Assembly: GCA_963801355.1 (NCBI GenBank)
Contig: CAWDEM010000008.1
Location: 1,184,001 to 1,248,000 of the forward strand
DNA length: 64,000 nt
Direction: 5' to 3'
Source: Ignavibacteriota bacterium
GTDB lineage: Bacteria > Bacteroidota > Ignavibacteria > UBA10030 > UBA6906
Below the pieces are notes generated by a model, which searched no databases, was not told where the DNA came from, and worked only from the letters and a program-made list of their open reading frames with translations. Each line of letters opens with the position of its first letter. Position 1 is the first letter of the stretch. Made by a program: the position numbers and the translations under genes. Positions 48,360-59,229 of the stretch are shown here, in pieces.

Positions 48360-48463
48360 TTTTCTGCTGTTTCGTCAGAAATTCTTTCGTAATACCCCCG
48401 GACGCGATTATTATTCATAGATTTGCCGAAGCTCTTCTCGGTTCCCTTAGCCTTGATGCAACT

Positions 48464-51400
48464 ATGCTTCAGACCGGGATCGACATAGGCTCCACGACGG
48501 CCAAACTTGTTTTGCTGAACGAGCAGCAGGAGGTCGTGTTCTCAGCCTACCTTCGCCACAATGCCCAGGTCCGCCAGACTCTCGCCGCGATGTTGCGTGA
48601 TGCACAGCATTCGCTCGGCGACAGGGTTGTCCAGGTCTGTGTTACCGGTTCCGCCGGGATGGGTATCGCGGAGCGTTGCGGCATACCGTTTGTCCAGGAG
48701 GCAGTCAGCTCTGCGGAGGTAGTGCGCCGCTTCTATCCCAACGTACGGACGCTGGTCGATGTCGGCGGAGAAGACACGAAGATGATCTTCTTCGATGACC
48801 GGAAGAGACCCGACATACGGATGAACGGCAATTGCGCCGGCGGCACGGGGGCCTTCATCGACCAGATGGCTTCATTGTTGAATATCTCCATTGAAGAGCT
48901 TGACCGCCTCGCCTCCACGCATCAGCACCGGTACCCCATTGCCACACGTTGCGGCGTCTTCGCGAAGACAGATGTGCAAAATCTGATCAGCCGGCAGATT
49001 CCACGGGATGACGTCGCCGCAACCATCGTACAAGCCGTTGCGCTCCAGACAAAGAACACACTTGCCCGGGGTACCACCATTGCGCCACACGTTTTGTTCT
49101 GCGGCGGCCCCCTGACTTTCTTCCCCTCTCTCAGACAGGCTTTCGTCGAGGTTCTTAAGATCTCGCGGGAAGAAGTGATCCTTCCTGAGAAATCGGAGAT
49201 GTTCCCTGCCCTCGGAGCGGCAATGACACCCGTAAAAGCCGCCCTGGAAACGACGTTCGGAGAACTGATCCACCGCGTGGAATGCAACGATCGGGCGAAG
49301 GACAGCGGCTCCGGAACGCTTTCGCCCCTCTTCAATGGAGAAACGGAATTCCGGGAGTGGCTTCAGGCGAATGCTGAAGCATCCGTCGAACACATCGATC
49401 TCTCGCGGCTGAACGGTTCTCCCTGTTTCCTGGGCGTGGATTCAGGTTCGACCACAACGAAAGTCGTTGTGATAGACTCGTCGGGCAAAATCGCTTTTGA
49501 GTTCTATGCCAACAACAAAGGTAATCCGATCGGGGCTGTGAGAGAGGGAATCGCCAAGCTTCGGCAGCTGGCAACGGAGACAGGGACTGCACTCTCCATT
49601 TCCCGGAGCGCGGTCACAGGATACGGCGAAGATCTCATTCGCGCCGCGTTCGGGTTCGATGAAGGCATCGTAGAGACGCTCGCCCATCATAGGGCCGCCA
49701 GGCATTTCCGGAAGGACGTCACGTTCATCCTGGATATCGGCGGACAGGATATGAAAGCCATCTTCATCGAGGATGGATTCATCAAGAACATCGCGATAAA
49801 CGAGGCATGCTCCTCCGGATGCGGTTCATTCATCGAAACATTTGCGGAGTCGCTTGGGTACCGCGTGTCGGATTTTGCGCAGAGTGCCTGTGCTGCCCCG
49901 CATCCATACGACCTCGGAAGCCGTTGCACGGTGTTCATGAATTCACGGGTGAAACAGGCGCTCCGGGAAGGGACTTCCATCCCTGACATCGCCGCCGGCC
50001 TTGCGTATTCGGTTGCCAGAAACTGTCTCCAGAAGGTCCTGAAGATCAACGACACAGAGCGTTCTCGGAGATGCGGTCGTCGTACAAGGAGGCACATTCC
50101 GCAACGCGGCGGTGCACCGTGCGTTTGAGATTCTCCTCGGGCGCAAGGTGATCTGCTCCAGCATCCCCGAACTCATGGGTGCCTACGGTGCGGCCCTTAC
50201 GGCACTCGATTCCCAAAACGCCATGGATGTGCCGGGCCGTCCCATCGCTCTCTCTGCGCTTGAGAACGCCGAAGAAACCTCCCGCAAAACCTCGACGTGC
50301 CGCGGATGCGAGAACAATTGCACAATCACGACTCTCGTGTTCCGCAACAAGAATCGATTCCACACCGGGAACAAGTGTGAAAGAATGTTCAGCAACACCG
50401 GGGCCGGTCGTCCGCAGGGGTGCAATCTGGCTGAGGTGCAGCTCCGGCTGCTTTTCGACCGCCCGCTCGTTCCTGCGGCAAAGCCCGCAATGCGCATCGG
50501 GATACCGCGGGTATTGAATATGTACGAGGACTTCCCGTTCTGGTGCACGTTGCTCGTCGGTTGTGGTATGCAAGTTGAGCTTTCTCCCGTATCCACAAAT
50601 GAAGTCTGCGACAAAGGGTGCGGGACGGTCATGTCTGACAATATCTGCTTCCCGGCCAAACTCGTGCACGGACATGTGCAGAGTCTGGTGGATTCCGGAG
50701 TCGACCGCATATTCTACCCCATGGTGTTCTTTGAGCAAGACGAACATGGAGGCTCATCGGATTCCTGGAATTGTCCGATCGTTGCCGCGTACCCGGACGT
50801 TATTCGCAGCGCAATGAATCCTGCGCGGAAACACGGCATCCCCTTTGATGCGCCCACCATCTCGTTCCGCAACGTTTCGCTTCTCCGGGAGGCATGTTAC
50901 CAATACCTGCACACCCTGGGCGTCACACGGAAGACATTTGCACCTGCGTTCCGTCGTGCCCTGAAGGCACAGCACCAGATGAAGGAAGTCCTCCGTGAAA
51001 AGGCTCGTGCTGTGCTCGAAGAATCGGCAACAGGCAGGCCGCTTGTGGTTCTGGCGGCGCGTCCATATCATCTTGATCCACTGGTAAACCACAAAATACC
51101 CGAAATACTCGCCGGTCTTGGGGTGGATGTTGTGACTGCAGATGCACTCCCTGTGGCAGCTGTTGCGCAGGCCGGCGAGGTCCAGGTCCTTGCACAGTGG
51201 AGCTATCCGAACAGACTTTATGACGCGGCGCGATGGGTGTCTGCGCACCCGGGGGCCGAGCTGGTTCAGCTCAACTCGTTTGGATGCGGGCCAGATTCCG
51301 TTGCCGTGGATGAAGTGAAATCGATTCTTGCACAACACGGAAAGAATCATACGGTACTTCGGATAGATGAAGTGACCAGTCCCGGTTCCGTGCGGCTCCG

Positions 51401-52718
51401 CTTACGTTCAATGATTGAATCGTTGCACTTGGAGACTCCTGCGGTGCCGCACGAGGTAACGGAGAGAACAACGACCCGGCTGTTCCTTCAGGAGGACAGA
51501 AGGAGGACAATTCTGATCCCTCACTTCTCTCCGTTCTATTCCGCATTCATCACCGGCGCTCTGGAAGCGAGGGGATATTCGGTAGCCGATCTTCCTCCCA
51601 CAGATGCGGAATCCGCGCGGCTGGGTCTGCGCTACACAAACAACGAAATCTGTTACCCCGCCATTCTGGTGGTTGGCGACATGATCAAGGCCCTGCAATC
51701 GGGGCGCTACCGGACATCCGATGTTGCCGTCGGGTTGACACAAACGGGCGGGCAATGCAGGGCGTCAAACTATGCCCCGCTGATCAAGAAAGCGTTGATC
51801 TCCGCCGGATTTGCGGATGTACCGGTGGTGACAGTGTCAACCTCCGGTCAGTCGCAGAACGAACAACCGGGTTTCTCTCTGAAATTGCGACAGTTCCTGG
51901 TTGACGGATTCTGGGGGATTGTCTCCGGCGATGCCCTTTCTCAGATGTATTACTCCACCGCCGCCCGTGAACTGCGCAAGGGGGATGCGATCCGCGCAGC
52001 GCGGAAGTACATTACGATGGCTGACAATCTCCTGCAGCATCACGAAATCCACGGCATACCCGCGTTGCTGGGGTCGGCTGCAGAGGAATACAACCGTATC
52101 CCCGTGGACGACAGCCCGCTGCCACGCATCGGCATCGTTGGAGAGATCTATGTGAAGTACAACGATTTTAGCAACAACTCCATGGTTGAGTGGCTGCACG
52201 ATCATCAGGTCGAGGTCGCGCTGCCGCCGTTGATCAATTTCTTCATACAGGGGTTCGTCAACGTTGATTCGGACACGAGGCTGCATCTGGCCCGGAAGGA
52301 TTTCTCCGGGCTGATTGCCCGCCTGGGCGAGAAGGTGGTGCGCAGACAACTCGAGCGCGTCGATGATGTGCTTCACCGGTACAAGCGCTATGTACCCCAA
52401 TCGCCGATCCGCGATCTTGCAGCAAGGGCATCCCGCATCGTCAGCCTGGCTGATCAGTTCGGAGAAGGGTGGCTCATCCCGGCCGATATCAGCGAGCTTG
52501 CGGAGCGGGGTGTACACAACGTGTTGTGCCTCCAACCTTTCGGCTGCATTGCCAATCACATCGTTGCAAAGGGTGTTGAAAAGAGATTGCGGGAGCTCTA
52601 CCCGCAGCTCAACCTGCTCTATCTTGACATGGATCCGGGCGCCGGTGAGGCGAACCTGCTGAATCGCCTGCACTTCATCGTCCAGGGTGCGAAGGAATGC
52701 GCGGAAAGCGCCGCGTGA
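48464..52718 (+). CDS. 2-hydroxyacyl-CoA dehydratase activator fusion (two BadF/BadG/BcrA/BcrD domains plus DUF2229-type region), +1 frameshift near 50056
   Basis: [71 protein letters not shown] and QPFGCI. Removing one base restores [18 protein letters not shown]. Confidence 0.9.
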
Positions 52719-52768
52719 TCTACCCCGGTATCCAAACATTTCGTATATTTCCGGTTGATGCTGCGGAG

Positions 52769-53821
52769 ATGCCCTTGACGTCCGATCGCAAAGTCGGGAT
52801 TGGCGCTTTCTTTCTCGGTTCCCTCCTGGTGTTCATCCTCAAGACCACGGTTGAGCTCCTCAATCCGGAATTCATGTCTCTCCTCCATCCCGCCCTGCAT
52901 ATCGGATTCAACCTGATCGATGCGGTGACGGTTAACCTTATCATCGGCGTGATCACCAACTGGCTCAACATAGGCCTCGAACTTCACCTCTCGTGGCGCG
53001 CGGTGCCTGTGAAACGCTTTCTCGTTCAAGCGCTCATTACCGGTCTGTTGGCATTTCTTGTCATTGCACTCATCGCTCCCCTGGCGTTCAATTTTGTTGT
53101 CCCGTATGCCGATCCGGCCGCTGCGCGGCAACGGACGTTCATCATCGGGACTATCACGGCGATGATGATGAGCAGCTTCTACACGGCGGTCTACTTTTTC
53201 AATCAGTGGGGCCACTGGGCGGCGGAAGCGGAGAGGCTCAAGCGAGAGAATCTGCACGCGCAATTCAGCACCCTGAAAACTCAGGTCAATCCCCATTTCC
53301 TGTTCAACAGTCTGAGCGCGCTTGCCGACCTGATTCCCGAGGATCAACGGAAGGCCGGCGAGTTTGTGCACAACCTTGCGAGCGTGTACCGCTATATCCT
53401 GCAATCGATGGAAGATGACATTGTCGATCTCGGCACGGACCTGGACGCAATGCACGCATACGTGTTCCTGCAGCAGACGCGGTTCGGCGAGAATCTCAAG
53501 GTGGATGTGCATATACGCGATGAGTATAAGACTCTTGGTGTCGCGCCGCTGACACTCCAGATGCTTCTGGAGAACGCCATCAAGCATAATATTGTCTCGA
53601 CCGAACAGCCCCTCACGATCGACGTCACAGCAACGGAAAACGAAACGCTTGTCGTGAGGAACAGGATACAGAAGAAGAGTTCCGTGGAAGAGACGACGCA
53701 ATTGGGCCTGCGAAACCTCGTGAACCGATACGCGCTGCTCGGCAGGAAGACGGTCGGAATTCTTGATACCAGTGCGGAGTTTGTTGTGACCATTCCCCTC
53801 CTGGATCGCGGGACCGTATGA
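52769..53821 (+). CDS. LytS/YehU-type sensor histidine kinase
   Basis: N-terminal TMs, LKTQVNPHFLFNSL, LQMLLENAIKHN and GLRNL. Confidence 0.92.
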   Translation: MPLTSDRKVGIGAFFLGSLLVFILKTTVELLNPEFMSLLHPALHIGFNLIDAVTVNLIIGVITNWLNIGLELHLSWRAVPVKRFLVQALITGLLAFLVIALIAPLAFNFVVPYADPAAARQRTFIIGTITAMMMSSFYTAVYFFNQWGHWAAEAERLKRENLHAQFSTLKTQVNPHFLFNSLSALADLIPEDQRKAGEFVHNLASVYRYILQSMEDDIVDLGTDLDAMHAYVFLQQTRFGENLKVDVHIRDEYKTLGVAPLTLQMLLENAIKHNIVSTEQPLTIDVTATENETLVVRNRIQKKSSVEETTQLGLRNLVNRYALLGRKTVGILDTSAEFVVTIPLLDRGTV

Positions 53822-54585
53822 ACATTCTTATCGTGGAAGACGAACCGCGCGCCGCCCGCAACCTTCAGGGCATGTTGCAGCAGATCGATGCGTCCATCGA
53901 CGTGCCGGCGCGCCTCGAGAGCATCGCGGCAACGGTCCGATGGCTGCAGCAACACCCCCCGCCGGATCTCATCTTGATGGACATACAGCTCGCCGACGGT
54001 CTGAGTTTCGAGATATTCAACCAGACCGAGGTCAATGCACCGGTGATATTTACCACGGCATACGATGAATATGCGATCCGGGCCTTCAAAGTGAACAGCA
54101 TTGATTATCTTCTGAAGCCGGTGAGGCGGGAAGACCTTGCCAGGGCATTGCAGAAGTGGGAGAAGCTGAAGCATCAGTATGCCATGGGTGGCGGGATGCA
54201 TGCGGTTGAGTCGATGCTGGCGGATCTGCTGCAGAACCAGCATCGGTACCGATCCCGTTTTCTCGTCAAGTCCGGTCAGACATTCGTCAGCGTTCCGGTG
54301 AAGGAAGTTGCCTACTTCTTCACTGACCGGAAGCTCACCTTCCTCATGACGCAGCAAGGAAAGAAACATATCGTCGCAGACCCATTGGACAGGTTGGGAG
54401 AGCAACTCGATCCGAGGCGTTTCTACCGGCTAAATCGTGGATTCCTGGCGAGCCTCGATTCCATTGGGAGCGTGTCAACGTATTACACCGGCAAATTGAA
54501 GCTGCGCCTGAAACCGCCTGTTGAGGGTGATGTGGTGGTGAGCCGGGAGAAGGCTACTGCGTTCAAGCAGTGGCTGGATCAATAG
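53818..54585 (+). CDS. LytTR-family response regulator
   Basis: IVEDE, MDIQLADG, FTTAYDEYA, DYLLKP, FYRLNR and VSREK. Confidence 0.94.
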   Translation: MNILIVEDEPRAARNLQGMLQQIDASIDVPARLESIAATVRWLQQHPPPDLILMDIQLADGLSFEIFNQTEVNAPVIFTTAYDEYAIRAFKVNSIDYLLKPVRREDLARALQKWEKLKHQYAMGGGMHAVESMLADLLQNQHRYRSRFLVKSGQTFVSVPVKEVAYFFTDRKLTFLMTQQGKKHIVADPLDRLGEQLDPRRFYRLNRGFLASLDSIGSVSTYYTGKLKLRLKPPVEGDVVVSREKATAFKQWLDQ

Positions 54586-54586
54586 A

Positions 54587-54686
54587 GTGGACGGATTGAG
54601 GGGCGGATTGAGGGGTCAGACACCGCGACAATTGTGGATTGTGAATCGACTATCCACAATTGACAATCGGTCCGTGTCCTGACCCT
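54587..54686. repeat. Composite hairpin element, copy 2, flanked by GGGGTCAGAC-type palindromes
   Basis: GGGGTCAGACACC at 54612, hairpin ATTGTGGAT..ATCCACAAT at 54631-54660, CCTGACCC near 54678; CGGATTGAGGGG x2 upstream. Confidence 0.7.
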
Positions 54687-54759
54687 TACGGGGTTTGACT
54701 GCATCTCATCATCACGAATCCATACCCTTAACAGTCTTCACAAACCTCAGGAATTGCAC

Positions 54760-54969
54760 ATGAAGAAGAACGTGGGCACCGCCGACCGGGCCATCCGCAC
54801 ACTTGCGGCAATTGTCTTGGCCATTCTGATACTCACCGGCACAGTGACCGGCACGACTGCGATCGTGCTGGGCGTGGTGGCTGCCGTGCTCCTTCTCACG
54901 AGTATGGTGAGCATCTGCCCCCTCTACATGGCGCTCAACCTTTCGACGAACAAGAAGCCGCAGGCGTAG
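54760..54969 (+). CDS. DUF2892 (YgaP-like) small membrane protein
   Basis: MKKNVGTADRAIR..two TMs..CPLY...NLST. Confidence 0.9.
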   Translation: MKKNVGTADRAIRTLAAIVLAILILTGTVTGTTAIVLGVVAAVLLLTSMVSICPLYMALNLSTNKKPQA

Positions 54970-55110
54970 GCCTGCAGTCGGGGGGAGTCGGGGCCTGGCC
55001 GGGCCTGACCCGACCAGGTCCCGATTATGTAGACATGGGGTCAGACCTCTTTGCACGTCCGTCTGTTCCCATGCAAGATTACGATGACCAGAAGCTGGAG
55101 GCAATAAGGG

Positions 55111-55308
55111 ATGAAGAAACCCACACTGAAGCAGGTCGCGTGGATCGCCGCAGGCGCGGTAGGCGGGTTTGCATGGTATTACTACGTCGGCTGCGTCACG
55201 GGGACCTGCCCTATCAGTTCAAACCCGTACATCAGCACGGGCTATGGAGCCCTGGTAGGAGCACTCGGCTCGGGGGTCTTCTCACGGCCGGCCAAAAGAA
55301 CAGAATGA
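55111..55308 (+). CDS. DUF6132-like small membrane protein
   Basis: GAVGGFAWYYYVGCVTGTCPISSNPYISTGYGALVG. Confidence 0.8.
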   Translation: MKKPTLKQVAWIAAGAVGGFAWYYYVGCVTGTCPISSNPYISTGYGALVGALGSGVFSRPAKRTE

Positions 55309-55487
55309 TGGGTTAAGACCCCAGCCGCCTTTCCTGCATCTCCTCAAGAAAGCAACTCAGGATATTCACTGTTCCTGAGATGCAGGCTTTCTTAGCGCTC
55401 GGCGCTCCTTGACTTTGTCTCAAGCACCCCCAATATTGAACCTGACTCAAGTCTCTGATCCCCCCAACCCAGACTACAGAGACATCA

Positions 55488-58379
55488 ATGTCCAGGGCGC
55501 GTTCCACACACTCCCATGTTTCTTTCGCCGTGGGCGTGCTCGTTGCGGCCGCCCAATTTCTCGCATCCCTCGTCTACACCCAGACATTTCCTTTCCAGAA
55601 GTACACAACTGCTGAAGGCCTCAGCCACGCAGCCGTGCGGAAGGTCTTTCAGGATTCCCGCGGGTTGCTCTGGTTTGGCACACAGAGGGGTGTGGACAGC
55701 TATGACGGGCGAAAGTTCACAGAACATCTGCAAAGCGGTTCGATCCCCTGCCCGGTGCACGACATTTTTGAGGACAGATCAGGTTCGCTCTGGATTGCCA
55801 CATATGGGTCCGGCCTGCGACAACTCCTTCCTGCGGGTCCGCGGAACCTACTGCAAGCGTACTCCGACAGCTGCCTGCAACACAATGTCACCGCGATTGC
55901 CGGTGATTCACTCGGCAACATCTGGATCGGATCGGATGACGGCCTGTTCGTTCTTCCCCACGACAATCGGAGGTTCCACATAGAAGGCTTCGAACAGGCA
56001 GGTGAGATCTATGCCATCGCCGTCGATGCCAACCGCACCGTCTGGGTCGGTGCGCAAGGTGGTCTGTACACCGGACACGCCGGGTCCACCCCTGATGTGA
56101 CATTTCGTATCATTCTCCGGAGGCCCACACGTTCACTCCTCCTGCTGCGGAATGGGGATATGCTTGCGGGAGCGTCCGGGGGCAATGACGACCGGTATGG
56201 ATTTGTATGTCGCTTCCGTGGAGGAACACACGACACTCTTCTCTCCTATCCAATGACGAAGAGTCTCATCAAGCCACAGAGCCTGTTGGAAGATGTTGAG
56301 GGAACACTCTGGATCGGGACCGAATACGGACTCTACATGATCAAAGACCGGAAGGTTACGCACCTCCGGACACAGAACGGACTGCAGAACGAAAATATTT
56401 ATGATATCATGCAGGATCGTGAAGGCACTATGTGGTTTGGTACGGAAAACGGCGTGCTCAAACTCGCCCGGCCCATCGTCATCAACTACGGCATGAAGGA
56501 GGGGTTGACAGGGTACGTTGTTCTTTCGGGACTCAAGTCCCGCGATGGCGCACTCTGGTGCGGGATGTGGAACGGACTGAATCGCATCGATCCCCAGGGG
56601 CTGGTCAGTCATTGGGATCAGGCAAGCGGGCTGCCACACCATACGGTGCGCACAATCGCCGAAGAACGCGGCGGCAGAATACTGGTCGGTACGCTCCGTG
56701 GCCTCGCGACAGTAACCGAACAGCGCGTGTCGCGTGTGCGGATCAAAGGATTGCCTGAACCGCTGGATGTCTGGTCCATCTACTGCGAATCCGACAACAC
56801 CACCTGGATCGGCGGCAGCGGAAGGCTGTTTAAAACCGGCGCAGGCTCCCTTGAGTACGAAGTGAACTTCGGAGAAGGCGTTGAGGCCGAGGCCGTGCAG
56901 GTGCAATGCCGCGACAGGAGGGGCCGTCTCTGGGTCCTGGCAGACGGCCGCCCGGCCTATCTCAGTACAGATGGAGAGGTGGCATTTGTGGCGAGCACCG
57001 GTGATTCACTGCGTCCACCGATCCACTCAATTTACGAAGACACGAGAGGGACGCTCTGGTTCTGTGGTAGCACTGGGGTAGCACTTCTGGAAGGCGACTC
57101 GCTTCGCCACCCTACCAGCACCGAGTCTCCACCCATCACTAATCCCGTCTACTTCGTTCTCGAAACAAGCGGCTGCAGATGGTTTGGAACCGATCACGGC
57201 GTCCTGTCATGGGACGGCGAGAGTGCAAGACAGCTCACCGCTGCAGATGGGCTCGCGTCGGACATCGTGCGCTTTGGATGGAAGGGAGAGGACGAGACTT
57301 TGTGGCTCGGCACCCACGGCGGGGTCTCGGTGCTGGACTCCGCCAGCGTGTCATATGTAGCCCCGGTACCCGACATCTATCTCGATTCAGTGCTTGCTGG
57401 TGATGGCACCCAACCCCTTAAGGAACAATCTGCAATTCCGTACGACGATCGCACGGTCGTCTTCCGCTTCAATGCCCTCAGCTACATCGCAGAGCGCGAG
57501 ATGCAGTTCCAGTGGATGGTGGAGGGATTTGACAGAGGTTGGCAGGAGCCGCGTAAAGAGCGCCAGGTGAGATACACGAACCTCGGACCGGGTTCCTACA
57601 TTTTCAGCGTGCGCGCCGCCAACAGAAACGGGCAATGGTCAACCCCTGCCGGCTATGCCTTCGTGATTCAGCCACCTTGGTGGCGCGCCTGGTGGTTCAT
57701 CGCGCTTTGTATGATGGTTGCCGGATCTGTGCTGACGGTGGCATACCGCTTCCGTGTAGAACAGCTCCTGAAGATGGAGCGGATGCGGAGGCGCATTGCT
57801 GCAGACCTGCACGACGACATCGCATCTTCGTTGTCCAGCGTAGGCATTTATGCCTCCGTCATCCAGCAGCAGCTCCGGGAAATTCCTGCAGAGATGAGCG
57901 TTTTGCTGGATCGCATCCGGGAGCTCTCTCGCGAGAGCATGGAAAACATCGGGCTCATTGTCTGGTCAGTCGATCCACACCGGGACGAGTTGACCGAGGT
58001 CTTCCGCTTTTTCCAACGCTATGCTGCACAGCTCTGTCAGGCGGCAGGAGTTGAGTTCTCAACGAAGCTGCCGGAGGGAGTGACGTCGGTTCTTCTCACA
58101 CCGGAACAGAGACGCACAATCTTTCTCGTCCTTAAGGAATCATTGAACAACGCTTTGCGCCATTCCCGCTGCACCAGGATCGATTTCGTCTGTTCACTTG
58201 ACGGACACTCCCTGCGACTCGCGTTAACAGACAATGGCTGCGGGTTCAGCGGTACTGCAACGGGGGGGCACGGGTTGCACAACATGCGCTCCAGGGCGGA
58301 ATCTATCCGCGCCCATGTTGAGGTCACTTCTGCTCCCGGTGGAGGTACCACCGTCGCACTCACGCTCAGAATAGCATAA
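55488..58379 (+). CDS. Sensor histidine kinase with periplasmic beta-propeller/Y_Y_Y sensor and HisKA_3 domain
   Basis: QDSRGLLWFGT repeats, YTNLGPGSYIFSVRA, PPWWRAWWF TM, RIAADLHDDI, KESLNNALRHS, DNGCGF and GHGLHNM. Confidence 0.93.
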   Translation: MSRARSTHSHVSFAVGVLVAAAQFLASLVYTQTFPFQKYTTAEGLSHAAVRKVFQDSRGLLWFGTQRGVDSYDGRKFTEHLQSGSIPCPVHDIFEDRSGSLWIATYGSGLRQLLPAGPRNLLQAYSDSCLQHNVTAIAGDSLGNIWIGSDDGLFVLPHDNRRFHIEGFEQAGEIYAIAVDANRTVWVGAQGGLYTGHAGSTPDVTFRIILRRPTRSLLLLRNGDMLAGASGGNDDRYGFVCRFRGGTHDTLLSYPMTKSLIKPQSLLEDVEGTLWIGTEYGLYMIKDRKVTHLRTQNGLQNENIYDIMQDREGTMWFGTENGVLKLARPIVINYGMKEGLTGYVVLSGLKSRDGALWCGMWNGLNRIDPQGLVSHWDQASGLPHHTVRTIAEERGGRILVGTLRGLATVTEQRVSRVRIKGLPEPLDVWSIYCESDNTTWIGGSGRLFKTGAGSLEYEVNFGEGVEAEAVQVQCRDRRGRLWVLADGRPAYLSTDGEVAFVASTGDSLRPPIHSIYEDTRGTLWFCGSTGVALLEGDSLRHPTSTESPPITNPVYFVLETSGCRWFGTDHGVLSWDGESARQLTAADGLASDIVRFGWKGEDETLWLGTHGGVSVLDSASVSYVAPVPDIYLDSVLAGDGTQPLKEQSAIPYDDRTVVFRFNALSYIAEREMQFQWMVEGFDRGWQEPRKERQVRYTNLGPGSYIFSVRAANRNGQWSTPAGYAFVIQPPWWRAWWFIALCMMVAGSVLTVAYRFRVEQLLKMERMRRRIAADLHDDIASSLSSVGIYASVIQQQLREIPAEMSVLLDRIRELSRESMENIGLIVWSVDPHRDELTEVFRFFQRYAAQLCQAAGVEFSTKLPEGVTSVLLTPEQRRTIFLVLKESLNNALRHSRCTRIDFVCSLDGHSLRLALTDNGCGFSGTATGGHGLHNMRSRAESIRAHVEVTSAPGGGTTVALTLRIA

Positions 58380-58444
58380 ATATGCCATAGCATTGGATGG
58401 CTCCCATGGGTATCTTGCCGTCACACACCAACAATCCCAGAGCG

Positions 58445-59083
58445 ATGAGCCCAATAGAAGTAGCTGTCGTGGAAGACCATCCGGATCTCCGGAAAAGCCT
58501 CAGCTTGATTCTTGCCGCAACGCCCGGCTATGCGTGCGCCGGCAGCTACGAACGTTGCGAGGAGTTGCTCGGTGAACTCCCCTCCATTCACCCTCAAGTG
58601 ATCCTGATGGACATCGGGCTTCCGGGAATGTCGGGCATCGAGGGGATTCAACGCGTTAAGGCCCTGCGGTCCGAGATCAAGATCCTCGTTCAGACGATCT
58701 ATGAGGATGACAAGAATGTCTTCCAGGCAATCTGTGCAGGGGCTGACGGGTACGTATTGAAGAAAGCCCCTCCGCTGGAGCTGCTGCAGGCGATCGAACA
58801 GGTCGTAGAAGGAGGAGTTCCCATGAGCCCCTCTATTGCGCACAATGTTATCAAAATGTTCAAGGATTTTGCGCCAAAACAGGAGCAGGGTGTGGGCCTC
58901 ACGGCACGCGAACATGAATTGTTGAAGTCCCTGGCAGATGGGCTGGACTACAAGCAGATCGCCGAGCGTCACTACATCAGCACTGACACTGTCCGTAACC
59001 ACATCCGCCACATCTACGAGAAGCTGCACGTCCATTCCAAGTCGGAGGCCGTCGCCAAGGCCTTCCGCCGACACCTGGTCTAG
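58445..59083 (+). CDS. NarL/LuxR-family response regulator
   Basis: VVEDH, MDIGLPGMSG, GADGYVLK and LTAREHELL..IAE..TVRNHIRHIYEKLHV. Confidence 0.94.
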   Translation: MSPIEVAVVEDHPDLRKSLSLILAATPGYACAGSYERCEELLGELPSIHPQVILMDIGLPGMSGIEGIQRVKALRSEIKILVQTIYEDDKNVFQAICAGADGYVLKKAPPLELLQAIEQVVEGGVPMSPSIAHNVIKMFKDFAPKQEQGVGLTAREHELLKSLADGLDYKQIAERHYISTDTVRNHIRHIYEKLHVHSKSEAVAKAFRRHLV

Positions 59084-59130
59084 CACCTCCTCCCGCATAC
59101 CTCCGACTCCTCCTCCAATTATTGACGAGA

Positions 59131-59179
59131 AATGGCACATCTGTGCCATTGTGCGTCCATACACTACATGCTACCTTTG
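59131..59179 (+). promoter_or_regulatory. 9-2-9 palindrome plus -7 box TACCTTTG
   Basis: AATGGCACA-TC-TGTGCCATT at 59131-59150 and TAnnTTTG at 59172-59179. Confidence 0.6.
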
Positions 59180-59229
59180 ATGCGTCATCAAGGATGTGAG
59201 CCTTTTTCTTCTTCGTCGGGAGGTGTGTC

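Noticed and set aside
47435-48463. 343-aa N-terminal extension on the CoA activase
   Set aside because: An alternate-frame overlap with the membrane protein gene; family motifs begin at ATG 48464.
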